A stretch of DNA of 64,000 nucleotides from Squalus acanthias (lineage: Eukaryota), in NCBI GenBank assembly GCA_030390025.1, contig CM059433.1, positions 4,278,001 through 4,342,000 of the forward strand, in the 5' to 3' direction. Below, piece by piece: positions 1-12,525 of this stretch. Under the pieces are notes generated by a model. The model ran no database searches, was not told where the DNA came from, and was given only the letters and a program-made list of their open reading frames with translations. The translations under genes and the position numbers were made by a program. Within the stretch, counting starts at the first letter, position 1. Each line of letters begins with the position of its first letter.

Positions 1-680
1 ACCTCAAACCCGGCACCAAGCTCATGGTCTACAGAGTAGTAGTAATACCCGCCCTCCTGTATGCCTCAGGGACATGGACCATGTACAGCAGGCACCTCAA
101 AGCACTGGAGAGGTACCACCAACGCTGCCTCCGCAAGATCCTGCAAATCCATTGGCAGGATAGGCGCACCAATGTCAGTGTTCTCGCTCAGGCCAACATC
201 CCCAGCATTGAAGCTTTGACCACACTCGATCAGCTCCGATGGACGGGTCACATTGTCCGCATGGCCGATACGAGACTCCCAAAACAAGTGCTCTACTCGG
301 AGCTCCAACAAGGCAAGAGATCCCCAGGTGGGCAGAGGAAATGCTTCAAGGACACCCTCAAAGCCTCCTTGAAAAAGTGCAACATCCCCACCGACACCTG
401 GGAATCCCTGGCCCAAGACTGCACAAAGTGAAGGAGAAGCATCCGGGAAGGCGCCGAACACCTCGAGTCTCTTCGCCGGGAGCAAGCGGAAGCCAAGCAC
501 AAACAGCGGAAGGAGCGCACATCAACCCAAGCACCCCACCCACCCGCCCCTTCAACCACCGTCTGCCCCACCTGTGACAGAGACTGTAGGTCCCGCATTG
601 GACTCATCAGTCACCTGAGAACTCATTTTTAATGTGGAAGCAAGTCATCCTTGGTTCCGAGGGACTGCCTAAGAAGAAGA
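1..680 (+). mobile_element. RTE-clade LINE, 3' end (RT C-terminal region and tail)
   Basis: ORF 24-431 has RTE-type motifs (LLYASGTW, RCLRKILQIHWQD, LRWTGHIVRM, LPKQVLYSEL). It ends in GAGGGACTGCCT followed by an (AAG)n tail. Confidence 0.9.
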
Positions 681-704
681 ACCCACTCAGCCACAGCTGA
701 CACT
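681..704 (-). mobile_element. 5' head fragment of Deu-domain SINE, cut off by the RTE tail
   Basis: Reverse complement AGTGTCAGCTGTGGCTGAGTGGGT matches the first 24 nt of the SINE at 20566 with one mismatch. Confidence 0.75.
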
Positions 705-1412
705 AGGGGGAATTAAAAAAAAGTGTTCTTTTTTTAAAAAAAATTCTTTGAACACTTTTATTAGTTATAAAAATATTGGACATGGGGAAAAAAGGCAGTT
801 TGACTGACAATCAGGTAATGAAGAGTATTCGCTTTCCAATTGGTGTGGGAAGGCAGTGCACAGTGAGGAAGGGCATGTTGGTTGACCAACGGCAGGCATG
901 TGGGGGCGGGCGGTTGGAGGCTGGAGGTCACGTGTGACACCTCCAGGAATATGTACAGCCAGAGCTGGCAAACCTAAGAGAGACTCCCGTCAGAAACTTC
1001 AGCACAACCTGCCCTGCGAGGTGTCGGCACAGGAGAGCAACACAATGAGCCGAAGGAACCCTTCTTTTACCATTCAGAAAACTGGGGCTGAAGGAACCTT
1101 TTGGCCTGCTTTTTTCTCATAACAGTTGCACTCGGAGAATTGCTGTCCCCACTGGAACAGCTGGATGCATGGATTTAACAGAATGTTTCTGGCATGTTAT
1201 TTACCATTAAGTGCCTGATTCTATTTCCCTGAAGTAGATCGCAAAATAAAGTGCCAAAAAGAAAAGAACCTGCATAGCATAAGTTTTACAGTATTGCAGC
1301 CTTCTAAAAGTCCTGTGCAATCATCTCTGAAAACTCACAGCTTCGAATAACTTACAGACCAATAATTGGAGTTATTTTCGTGCACTGTGCTTCCCATCTT
1401 CTATAATTTTTT

Positions 1413-1929
1413 TTAAAATTTGTTTATGGGATGTGTGCGTCGTTGGCAAGGCCAGCATTTATTGCCCATCCCAAGTTGCCCTGAGACGGTGGTGGTGAGC
1501 CACCTTCTTGAACCGCTGCAGTCCGTGTGGTGAAGGTTCTCCCACAGTGCTGTTAGGGAGGGAGTTCCTGGATTTTAACCCAGCGACGATGAAGGATCGG
1601 CCGATATATTTCCAAGTCAGGATGGTGTGTGACTTGGAGGGGAACTTGGAGGTGGTGGTGTTCCCATGCGCCTGCTGCCCTTGTCCTTCTAGGTGGAAGA
1701 GGTCGCGGGTTTGAGAGGTGCTGCCGAAGAAGCCTTGGCGAGTTGCTGCAGTGCATCTTGTAGATGGTACACACTGCAGCCACGGTACGCCGGTGGTGGA
1801 GGGAGTAAATGTTTAAGGTGGTGGATGGGGTGCCAATCAAACGGGCTGCTTTGCTCTGGATGGTGTCGAGCTTCTTGAGTGTTGTTGGAGCTGCACTCAT
1901 CCAGGCAAGTGGAGAGTATTCCATCACAT
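1413..1929 (-). mobile_element. LINE 3' fragment (RT C-terminus), clade unresolved (CR1/L2/Jockey group); called LINE-X here
   Basis: ORF 1553-1927 MEYSPLAWMSAAPTTLKKLDTIQ...SLHHRRTVAAVCTIYKMH. Near-identical copies lie at 7672, 13901 and 36449. Confidence 0.85.
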
Positions 1930-3188
1930 TTAAATAGAAATATAAAGAATAAACTGTGTATGCTGGAAATCTTAAATAAAAACAGTAATGCTGTCAATGC
2001 ACAGCATTAGTCGGTGTCTGAAAGAAAAAAGATAGGTCAAATATTTGGGTGGGACCTTACTTCCACCATCTCAAACATTGAGCCGATGTTTCACTACAGC
2101 TGGGCACTCATGATCATACTAAATTTGACAAAACCTTTATGCTTGCATCAGGATTCTATAATCAGAAGCTGGAAATAAACCCAGGCTTTTAGTCGCTGCT
2201 TCTGCTCAGGCATAAATCAGGCTGCGCGCTATTAGATGATTTTGATTGTTAGGCGGTAATGTTGACTTTGCGCGATAATATAAAGCGGGTGATAGTGGGT
2301 CGGCAGCCTGTCTTATTTCTCTCCCGGTTTTTATTACCGTTGACTTCAATCGGGAGAGATGTAGAAGGGACTGCCGATTCGCTATCACCCATTCTACATT
2401 ATCGCACGACGTCAAATGACCCCCTTCGCGTGCTGACCCCGCCTCTGTTTCTGAGCTTGGCCTAATTTACATTCAGCGAGTGAGCTCCCAGTCTGAAGAA
2501 CGCTTCTCATTCAGTAGGTGGTAAATTCATGCTGCAAAGGCCTGCAGCAGCTTCGAGAGGGTCTAACTGTTTCTGACAGCAAACAAGAATCATTGAAGTA
2601 TAGTAAATTACTGGGATATCTTTAACTAATCATTCCAGCCAAAGAACGCGCTTGATTTTTGAATGGGGCTATCGGGACCTACTGGAGCGAGTGAGCCAGC
2701 GGAGGGAGGCCCTCCTTTGAACTGACGATTGGCAGGCCTCAGTAAAAGCAGCTCAGGGTGCCTGGCAACAAATGTAAATGGCGACTGCACTATTCAGTGG
2801 AAGGAGGTGAATGTGGTGCCAATTTATAGAAAGAGATGGAAGGATAACGCAGCTGTTGTCTTATCTACCCTTCTTTCTCTTAACTTTGTTAGATCACTCC
2901 CAGAAGAGTAGTCCCAACTCCTAATGCCTTCCAGAGTATCTTTGTTAGCCTTGATATCTAGGTAAACTTTTAGTAACATGCCAAAGATAACAAAACGATA
3001 ATTTCCAGTAATTATTTTTTCCACTGGAATTATCCTATGCCTCCATAAGTTCTTGTTTTTGTTAAGAAGTAATGCAGCTCATCAGACCTCAGATTAGGTT
3101 TAAAACTATTAATTAAATTCATTTAACCAAGGTGAACAAACAAATAAATATTATTTTATACACAATATAAATCCTTCTATCTAGCTCC

Positions 3189-3500
3189 TTCGGATGTGAG
3201 GTTAAACCAAGGCCATGTCTGCCCCCTTCGATGAATGTAAAAGATCCCATGGCACTATTTTGAAGAGAGCAGGGGAGTTCTCCTCGGTGTTCTGGCCAAT
3301 ATTTATCCCTCAATCAACATCACTAAAACAGATTATCCGGTCATTATCACATTGCTGTTTGTGGGAGCTTGCTGTGCGCAAATTGGCTGCCACGTTTCCC
3401 ACATTACAACAGTGACTGCACTTCAAAAAGTACTTCATTGGCTGTAAATTGGAACATCCTGTGGTCGTGAAAGACGCTGTAGAAATTCAAGTCTTTCTTT
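3189..3500 (+). mobile_element. Deu-domain SINE (SacSINE1-like), 5'-truncated
   Basis: Aligns with 20715-21037 (AAGATCCCATGGCACTATTT...GCGCAAATTGGCTG...AAAAGTACTTCATTGGCTGTAAA). Confidence 0.85.
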
Positions 3501-4344
3501 ATTGTGAATAACATTGTGAGATTCTTCGACAGGACAGTCTTTATCCAATTCATTAATCTGCCTTTTCTCTTTTCAGATGCCGATAGTTCCATTGTGCTTT
3601 CATTACAGAATCTGAAATTAAGCAGCCAGCACTTGAATATAATAACCCTTCATTCTAAAAGCTCTTTTACACTGGAAGCAGTTCCATAATTGAATAAAAT
3701 TGCAAAAAAAAACTACAGATTGAGATGGCACTACAGTATTTCTAGATGTTTTCCTTTCCATAAATTAGGTTCCCCAACACCCAGCTGATGACATAGAAAG
3801 AGCGTGAGGGAAGGGGATGAGTGACGCCTCTATCAGTGGTACATTGTACCTTGAGGTCACTGAACATTCTTCTATGACAGAGATTGTCAATAACTTCCCT
3901 CCATGCAGCCTGGACCACCTTCCCTAACATACTTTCCCTTTATAGCCCTCAACTTCAGCCAGTACAACATTGATGGTGTGTTTGAGACGCGGGGAACCCT
4001 TTCTTCTGTCGATGCCCCCATTCCTGAGATAGCTGCTGTCATTGTGGCCCCTGCATCCATAAAGTCTTGTCCCCTTTAACTAGTTGTAGCTTTTTAACAG
4101 CTGCACTGTTCAATTTCCTTCTTCTCAGTGGTAGTCGCCCAATGAGGAGAGGTAATACTGCTCAAATCCCAACTCACATACCCAATCAGGCACACCAGAG
4201 GAGAAAGAACAGTGATGTAAGCAGCTGAGTTAGGTGGGCGGACAAAGGACTCACCTCACCACTAACTCCAGCCCCTTCATTTTAATTTTTGACTCACGGG
4301 GAATAACTTGAATCTAACCCGAACCCACCTGACAGGATTAGATC

Positions 4345-4857
4345 AGCACAAACCCAAAAGCAAAATACTGCGGATGCTGGAAATCTGAAATAAAAACAGA
4401 AAATGCTGGAAATACTCAGCAGGTCAGGCAGCATCTGTGGAGAGAGAGAAACAGAGTTAACACTTCAGGTCGATGACCCTGCATCAGAACTGGAATAAGT
4501 TGGAGATGTAACAGGTTTTTAAGCAAGTGCAGAGGGAGGGGAGGGGAGGGGAGGGGAGGGGAGGGGGAGGGGGAGGGGGAGGGGAGGGGAGGGGGGAGGG
4601 GGGAGGGGGAGGGGAGGGGGAGGGGAGGGGGAAAACAAAAGGGAAGGTCTGTGATAGGATGGAACAAGATAAAAGAGACAAACGGAAATCCCGTCGGAGA
4701 GAAGAGCAGAACTTCTTCAAGGTGGGCATTCCTGGAAGAGAAGTGGCAGTGAATTAAACACTAATACAAAAGCAAAATACTGCGATGCTGGGAATTGACC
4801 TGAAACGTTAACTCTGTTTCTCTCTCTACAGATGCTGTCTGACCTGCTGAGTATTTC
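4345..4857 (-). mobile_element. Penelope-like element family A, rearranged terminal-repeat fragments with an inverted piece
   Basis: Same terminal sequence as 31241 and 35657. Inverted segment at 4797-4857. Flanked by direct repeat CAGGATTAGATC at 4333-4344 and 4858-4869. Confidence 0.8.
4531..4631 (+). repeat. Expanded (GGGGA/GGGGGA)n polypurine tract, G-quadruplex-prone
   Basis: About 100 nt of G/A only. The equivalent tract in sister copies (~31415, ~35835) is only about 30 nt. Confidence 0.9.
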
Positions 4858-5436
4858 CAGGATTAGATCGGCCATCAGTTGAAGGCAATGGAAAGTAAAA
4901 TCAGACAGTGTGTAAAACAGGCAGCCAATCTGATCCAGTCAGCTCCCCACCAGGTGGGTTTGGGTAACATTACCCACGTGCTGTTTTTTTATCTTGTATG
5001 TTTTTTCTCCCCCTCCAACAGTGAACAGATTGAGACAATATATTCTATTAAATTCCCTGGCTTGGCTTATGAATCGCTGATTGGCTTATTCACGTGCAGC
5101 ATCTATTTAGCAATTCAGTGGAGTTTAATTGAACCATTTGAAATCTGTGTATGTAATGCACAAATTAAAGAAGTTTTAAAACTGCAGCAAAAATACAATA
5201 ATGTAACATTAGAATATTAACAATAATGGCAAGATTTAACACCAATGATTGACCTTTATAAAACATAGCCCCAGGAGTTTTAGACCTCATAAGTCATTTT
5301 AGTGAGTGGTTCCTGTTCTTTGTTTTAATAACTGAAGCACAAAAAATTGGAAATTTAGAATTCCCTCATCTGCTTTCCATTAGTAATCTGTTATGCTTAT
5401 AATAAGACAGCAATCAGATGTTAAAATTTCCTAGAT

Positions 5437-5660
5437 GGCTCCTCCAATGATTTAGTGGGTAAATGCATTGCCCAGGGTGGAACTGAGCAATACAGACAAG
5501 AAAGGCCCCAGCTTTGACTCGCAGCCTGTGTTGCATTAGCGGCTCTCAGCCGAGCAGCACTAGGGGGGGGGGAGCATTACAATCAAATGGCACCCATGGA
5601 GCCATGTACCCCAGTGTGAGTTAGTGCCTTCAGGAGATGCGGGCAGAAAATTGGGAGGGG
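5437..5660 (+). mobile_element. Old, degenerate tRNA-derived SINE (AmnSINE2-like)
   Basis: AGTGGGTAAATGCATTGCCCAGGGTGGAACTGAGCAATACAGACAAGAAAGGCCCCAG...TTAGCGGCTCTCAGCC resembles my recollection of the AmnSINE2 5' region, with an A-box-like start. Confidence 0.45.
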
Positions 5661-6837
5661 TAATCAGTTAACTCCTAGAGAGGTCTTTTTGTTGTTTGTT
5701 AATTTACTTACTCTTACTTGAGTTTAGAAGGTTTTTTAAAAAGTGTGGAATTTCTTAGAGGCTATTCAGCCCTGGGTACAAGATGACAAGTATTATTTTT
5801 CTCCTTAGCTGAAGGCTTAGATATTATTTCATTGGACCTTCTCAGGGGGAAACTTTTCTTTTCCCAGTGCCAATATTCTTGAAATTAGTTCAATATGGCT
5901 ACTGCACCGGTAACAGTACAATACCATTGTTGTTCCATGAGAGTCAATGACTCACACTGAGGTCTTTCTCAGGAGTGCGAGTGCGAGTACAATGGAAATG
6001 CACCATCACTGGTATGGTATTCTAGTTTGGCTTGAATTAAGTTCATGTTCATGCCATTGAGCAGTGAAAAGAACAATGCAATAGAATAAAGATCCATCTC
6101 ATTACTGTACTGTCCAGGTATGGGGGACACAGTTTAGCTCTCCTTCGAGACTGCCCTAGCAATCTGCTTTAATTCCAATCTTCAAAGACCATCCTGTATA
6201 GTAACAAAAATTATAATTTATAATAACAAAGTAATTGGCAGATAAATTCCCTGAAATAGAGTCAGCTGTGATCAAGTGCCCCTTGCCTCAGGGTAGCCAA
6301 CACTTTCACCAACCCTTTGTGATCTCAACACCAAGTCAGTTCAGTCATCCAAAGAAAGTTCAGCACTCCTGCACACTTTATTGATAGAATCATCAAACAA
6401 CATACACTCCCAACTTGCCACTAACCAATATATTTCTATCCAATCACTCTGCCCCAATCGAAAACCTTTGGCTTATATAAACCCCCTCGCTGATTTGTTT
6501 AATCAGGGCCACCTGCGACCACTTATTTCGTAGTCTGGATGGCTGCCACCATGCACTCCCCATGGTCCTAGTGCCCTATGTAGATGTATACTTCCTCACA
6601 CACCATATTGAGCTTTCCCTTCTTTAGAACCCTTCTTTAGTAGACGTGAAACTACCATTATTTTGGTGATCATATCCGAGCAGGAATCCAAGCCTTAGTT
6701 TACTTGCATCCTCCGACCAAGAAGGTCATCTGGGTTTGATACACATCATAAAATATTTGAACTCCTAGATTCACTAATAGATCAAAATTTGGGAACTATC
6801 ATATTATAGATCTCTATCACCAAAATGGTATGTTTTA

Positions 6838-7315
6838 AGGGGAACGGTAGCATAGTGGTTATGTTACTGGACTAGTTAATCCAGAGGCCTGGACTAATGA
6901 TCCAGAGATGTGGGTTCATGGCAGAAAGGGAATTTAAATTCAGTTAATTAAATAAATTTGGAATTAAAAAGCTAGTATCAGTAATGGTGACCATGAAACT
7001 ATCGGATTGTCGGGAAAAACCCAACTAGTTCACTAATGTCCTTTAGGGAAGGAAATCTGCCGTCCTTACCTGGTCTGGCCTGTTTGTGACTCCAGACCCA
7101 CCAGCAATGTGGTTGACTCTTAACTGCCCTCTGAAATGGCCCAGCGAGCCATGCAGTCGTACCAAACCGCTACCACAAAGTCAGCACTGTGGGTGTACCT
7201 TCACCACAAGGACTGCAGCGGTACAACACCAACATCTCAAGGGCAATTAGGAATGGGCAATAAATGCCGGCCATGCCAGTGATGCCCACATCCCGTGAAT
7301 GAATGAATAAATAAA
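6838..7315 (+). mobile_element. tRNA-derived SINE with a LINE-X-derived 3' tail
   Basis: A-box-like GGTAGCATAGTGG head and a central body (GGAAGGAAATCTGCCGTCCTTACCTGGTCTGGCC). The tail at 7183-7315 matches the LINE-X 3' end at 36844-36984. Confidence 0.8.
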
Positions 7316-7671
7316 ACAGCTCAGGGTGTAGCAATAGAAAGGAAGAATTAAACAGAGCTTTGGGAGGCTCTGTTGGAGACCTGGCAATTTAGCGTAGATA
7401 TCTTGTCAGTCAGCAAATGCCCTGTCCAGGGATATTGGAGGCAGTTCTCTCATCACACATGATGCTTCAAATATTTTCATTTTTCTTAAAAGAGTGATTT
7501 AGTAAATAGAGATCAAAGTGATCAGATCTAAAGGATCACCCTTCAAAGGAGCAAATCAAGCTGAACTGCTTTCTTATCCTTACTTTCTCCATGTGCAGTC
7601 CCCGTGTCCTTGCATGAATTCCTGTACTGAGGTATTTGCCACTCCGGCTCCAATTCTTCTATGCAAAATAT

Positions 7672-7900
7672 TTTTTTTTAAATTCGTTTATGGGATGTGG
7701 GCATTGCTGGCAAGGCCAGCATTTATTGCCCATCCCTAGTTGCCCTTTGGTGGTGAGCCGCCTTCTTGAACCGCTGCAGTCCGTGTGGTGAGGTGCTCCC
7801 ACAGTGCTGTTAGGGAGGGAGTTCCAGGATTTTGACTCAGCGACGATGAAGGATCGGCAATATACTTCCAAGTCAGGATGGTGTGTGACTTGGAGGTGGT
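7672..7900 (-). mobile_element. LINE-X 3' fragment
   Basis: Aligns to 1413-1660. Confidence 0.85.
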
Positions 7901-9349
7901 CATATGCATTCTGGAGTGTATCCTATTCCTATTCCTTGGGCTTTCGAATTAGAGTGAAAGCTCTGAATTGGCTTGTTATTTTATGACGCATTTATTGTTT
8001 GTGAATTTTCTCTGCAGATTTTCACATGGCCTGAAGTGGCTCTAGTCTTTTACTAGATGGCCAGTGGGCAAGGAGTGACTGCATCACAGTCACTGTTTCT
8101 TTGGTGTGGGGTTGCAGCTCGCCAGTTCCACAGAGGACACATTCGTTGTGGGCATCTGCCCTGAGGGCAGGGAAAAGGGACCCAACGCTGAATGTCATGT
8201 GCAGAAACTGCTGGAATATTTTTGAGATATTTTTGCAAGTTTTCCTGTTTCTTTACATGACTTGGGCAACTTTTAACATCCAAAGATTTTGATTGGATAG
8301 AAGCGACACAACGATGAAGAGGTACCATCATCACTGAGGCTCCCAGTCAACTAACGTTCTTTCTGTTATAAAACTACTGAATCTTCTAACTTTCAATGTG
8401 TCATTCCATGTGAAACACACTATATAGCATGCAGTTCATTACAAAGCACCAATTTTACAATATAATGAGGGTGGCGTGTTTTCTTTATTTGAATATATGT
8501 TGGAAACATTATCCTTGCTCGATAAAGTAATCGAGGGCCCACAACCCTTATGTGCCGAATGAGCCATTCATTACAGAGGGGAATGGACTGGTGCAAAAAA
8601 AAAAGTTGCTTATTTTATTGTTGAATAAAAATGCTGGAATGTCACACGGCAATCCTAAATGCTTTTTTCAGAACATCCTGAGAGCTAACCAAACCACAGA
8701 ATATTGTAGACCTCGGGGAAGGTGAGCAGCTCCTCTGTGGAAAGTAACTGGATGACTTCCAGCATCCTCAGGGCAGCCAGGCATAAAATTCCTCACGCAG
8801 CCACAAAAGGCTGCAGAGGAAGCAAAGCCCTACGACAATGGGGGAGGGCTCGGCAACCACGGGAGTCAAACTAATGAAGCCAAGGGGCTGCCAAGTGATG
8901 CAATACATGGAAGAAGGAAAAAAAAAACTTTGCTTCTATATGGAAGCATTCATCATTCATCGTGACGTTCCAGGAATGTGCTGACAGACGCAAAGTGTTT
9001 TGCATGACATTCTCCCAGTGAACCAGAACTATTTATTCAACGTGACAGTTTCCTGTCAAAATAGCACCACCTGCAGTATTTCAAATTAAATGCAAAAAGG
9101 TTATTTGGCATGAATGAATTGGTGTTAAACTTATAATAATATTTAATTCCTATTCAAGTTGAATGACTGTGAGGGTGGGGATGGGCACGAAAAATAGGCA
9201 GTACCAAAAGATCATCAAAACTTAACAACTATAGCAAGCTTAAGGAATATTACTACCAGGAGTGAAAAAAGTGCAGTCTTGGCCTTCAACTGCATGGGAA
9301 GAAAATGACCTACTACTCTTCAATGAAAAGACATTGGGGGAAAAATTCA

Positions 9350-9849
9350 NNNNNNNNNNNNNNNNNNNNNNNNNNNNNNNNNNNNNNNNNNNNNNNNNNN
9401 NNNNNNNNNNNNNNNNNNNNNNNNNNNNNNNNNNNNNNNNNNNNNNNNNNNNNNNNNNNNNNNNNNNNNNNNNNNNNNNNNNNNNNNNNNNNNNNNNNNN
9501 NNNNNNNNNNNNNNNNNNNNNNNNNNNNNNNNNNNNNNNNNNNNNNNNNNNNNNNNNNNNNNNNNNNNNNNNNNNNNNNNNNNNNNNNNNNNNNNNNNNN
9601 NNNNNNNNNNNNNNNNNNNNNNNNNNNNNNNNNNNNNNNNNNNNNNNNNNNNNNNNNNNNNNNNNNNNNNNNNNNNNNNNNNNNNNNNNNNNNNNNNNNN
9701 NNNNNNNNNNNNNNNNNNNNNNNNNNNNNNNNNNNNNNNNNNNNNNNNNNNNNNNNNNNNNNNNNNNNNNNNNNNNNNNNNNNNNNNNNNNNNNNNNNNN
9801 NNNNNNNNNNNNNNNNNNNNNNNNNNNNNNNNNNNNNNNNNNNNNNNNN
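9350..9849. other. Assembly gap (500 N)
   Basis: Run of N; the round length suggests a placeholder gap. Confidence 0.99.
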
Positions 9850-10080
9850 CTCCCCCCCACTCTCTCCTCCCCCCCACTCTCTCCTCCCCCTCCACTCTCT
9901 CCCCCCCCCCACTCTCTCCTCCCCCCCCCCCACTCTCTCCCCCCCACTCTCTCCTCCCCCCCCCCACTCTCTCCTCCCCCCCCACTCTCTCCTCCCCCCT
10001 CACTCTCTCCTCTCCCCCCCACTCTCTCCCCCCCACTCTCTCCCCCCCACTCTCTCCCCCCCCACTCTCTCCCCCCCACT
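9850..10080. repeat. C-rich tandem repeat (Cn-ACTCTCT)n, G4-prone on the minus strand
   Basis: Repeated CCCCCCCACTCTCT units abut the gap. Confidence 0.95.
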
Positions 10081-11372
10081 TTCAACTGGGAGTAATCTTT
10101 CACCACTTTGGTTTTAATGTTAATGTAAGAATCTGTCTAATCCTAACTCACCTCAGCTTTCTGAAGTGTCTTAACCGGCATAAGTAACAACTGCAAACAT
10201 TATATCAGGGCTATTGTGGCCAGAAACATCCTGCTTGTGGAAATGGGAGTTCTGCCGCCCCTCTGGTGAAGTTATGGCTGTGGCGTGGGAGCAGCTCGAA
10301 GGAAATTGCCAGCCTATGTGCCGGCCACAAAGGAAGCTCCTTTAGTGGGCAGGCTTGTGTCCATACCTGTAGATGAGCAGGGGAGCGAGACTCCTTCTGG
10401 GTGTGCAGGAGTCGACATTATCATGTCCAGACAACAGGGAGGCAAAATTGGACCTCGTTCCACCCGTTTCACAGTCGGATAGCGGGAACACAGAGATTCA
10501 TAAAACACCTGCTTTCAGACCCCTTTCCCAAACTGGTCAGAGAACTCGGCAGAGCTTGTCCTGCGCAAGCTCCGACTCGTTTTTTTGCAGTTCTACAGTG
10601 GCTTAGCCAGCGGTCATGGAAGGGACCGTTGTAGGCCACCGAAGAACAGAACAGGAGTGCTCCTTCTGCCTCCACAGCAATGTAGTGGGCCCCCCTCTCC
10701 ATCACCTCTCCCCCCGCCTCCCAGAACCTACCTGAGGGTCATTGCCAGCATCACAGTGGCCCAACATTCATCCTCGTTTTGCCGGCAAGCTGCCTGGGGG
10801 GCGCGTCCGTAGGCATCCATATCTCATCCATGTCCGATAAAAATAAGGCCCGAGGCCCATTATCAATCCAGCCTCGGGCCTACCTATTCCACCACAGGGA
10901 TCGTTCTGGCCCAATCTCCACCCCCCAATTTCCCTGGCTTGAAATTCCTGATAAGGTGAATGCCGTGTTTCTGAGTCATTGTTGGGAAGAAGTTCAAATT
11001 AATCGTTCAAAATGTAAGGCAAGCTCAAAGAAAGCCATTCATAAAGGAAGGCTCAAAGGAGAGATGTGAGTGTAAAGTGATCTATGGGAAGCGGCTTACA
11101 ATGTAAGTGTACTGTTGCCATCACAACATGAAATAAATATGGTGTGACCGTTGAAATAATGGTGTAATGGGGCTACAGATATTGCAGACTGCACTTATGA
11201 GAAATACTTATCCTTGCGGTTATTGTAAATTCCCATTTGTAAGGAAGGCGTAGACTGTCCAATTAACTCTCTAAAAATGAAAGGGAAGGTATTATATGGT
11301 GAAGAAATATGTACACCCACTGTCATTTATATCCTGTGTTCGATACTGTGTAAATGAACTGATGCTCTTAAT

Positions 11373-12117
11373 GGGCCAGAAATTCGGCTTTCCAGCTTCC
11401 TGCGGGTGCAAGCATCGCGCGTGTACTTGCCTACCGCGCCGGCCGTTGTGCTTTGGGCCCACGAGGACTTCGGGTCCTGGGCCTCCTCCAGCTGCCGGCG
11501 CGCAGTGCTTGCGTATCCCAGGGGCGCAGTTAGTTCAAAGCGTCCCCTGGGATCATGTGGGCCATGGAGAGCCAATCCTAACAGGGCATTTTCATTCATA
11601 GATTTGACAGGAAGAGAGATCGGCCCCAAAACTACACTTAAACTTCAAATAAATTTTTTTTAAAACATCACAATTTTAAAATAACTATAAGTTATGTAAA
11701 TTAACTACTTTAAACAAAAATTTAAATTTTTGAAAAAAATAATTATACTTTTTAACGGTGCTAAAAATAAACTTACCTTTCTTTAAAGTATCTAAAAAAG
11801 ATAAACCTGTTGAAAAAATGTTTAAATTGTAATTAATTAACCACTTACCTTGTTAAAAACAGGCCTTGCACCTCCTTTTTAAAAGTGCAGCTTCTCCATA
11901 CTTACCTTCCCGGAGAAACCTGAAAAAAAACCTAAGTTTGCTGCGTGCGCGCAGCCTCTCCCGCGCACGCGTTCGATTTCTGAACCCCTTCCTTCAGGGG
12001 AACGGAAGTTCCGGTTTCCCGCGCATGCGCAGTGCATGCAGGAAACCGGCACTTCAGGTGGCCTTACGGGTGAGTACACAGCGCGTACTCACCCGACAAC
12101 AGCCGAATTTCTGGCCC
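11373..12117. mobile_element. PIF/Harbinger-type MITE, family H1
   Basis: Perfect 17-bp TIR GGGCCAGAAATTCGGCT/AGCCGAATTTCTGGCCC. Flanks AAT/TAT. GC-rich ends with an AT-rich core; colinear with the copies at 50957 and 55550. Confidence 0.85.
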
Positions 12118-12164
12118 TATATGATTTGGTACAGCAAGGCATGAATGACACATGGCCCAGGTTC

Positions 12165-12525
12165 AAACATAGCAGCATAGAAATAGCAGGAGGCCATTCA
12201 GCCCCTCGAGCCCTGATCCGCCATTCAGTGAGATCAGGGCTGATCTGTATCCTAACTCCGTCTACCCGCCTTGGTTCCGTAACCTTTAATACCCTTGCCA
12301 AACAAAAATCTATCAATCTCAGTTTTGATATTTTCAATTGACCCCCCCGGCCTCAACAACTTTTTTGGGGGGAGCGAGTTCCAGATTTCCACAACCCTTT
12401 GTGTGAAGAAGTGCTTCCTGACATCACCCCTGAACGCCTGGCTCTAATTTTAAGATTATGCCCCCTTGTTCTGGACTCCCCGCCCCCCCCGCCCCCCCAC
12501 CCCCACCAACCAGAGGAAATAGTTG
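12165..12525 (-). mobile_element. CR1 LINE 3' end
   Basis: ATAGAAATAGCAGGAGGCCATTCAGCCCCTCGAGCC 3'UTR motif and an RKHFFTQRVVEIWNSL-type relic on the minus strand. Confidence 0.8.

Noticed and set aside
4455..4491. Functional hammerhead
   Set aside because: Core is mutated (CUGAUGC, GAAG).
4416..4757. Pro- or Gly-rich ORFs
   Set aside because: Translations of the GGGGA tract.
9240..10117. Long ORFs spanning 9.2-10.1 kb
   Set aside because: Artefacts of the N gap and the C-rich repeat.
11771..11906. U1 snRNA fragments (ACTTACCT)
   Set aside because: Only 8-10 nt match with no U1 body; better read as minus-strand donor motifs.
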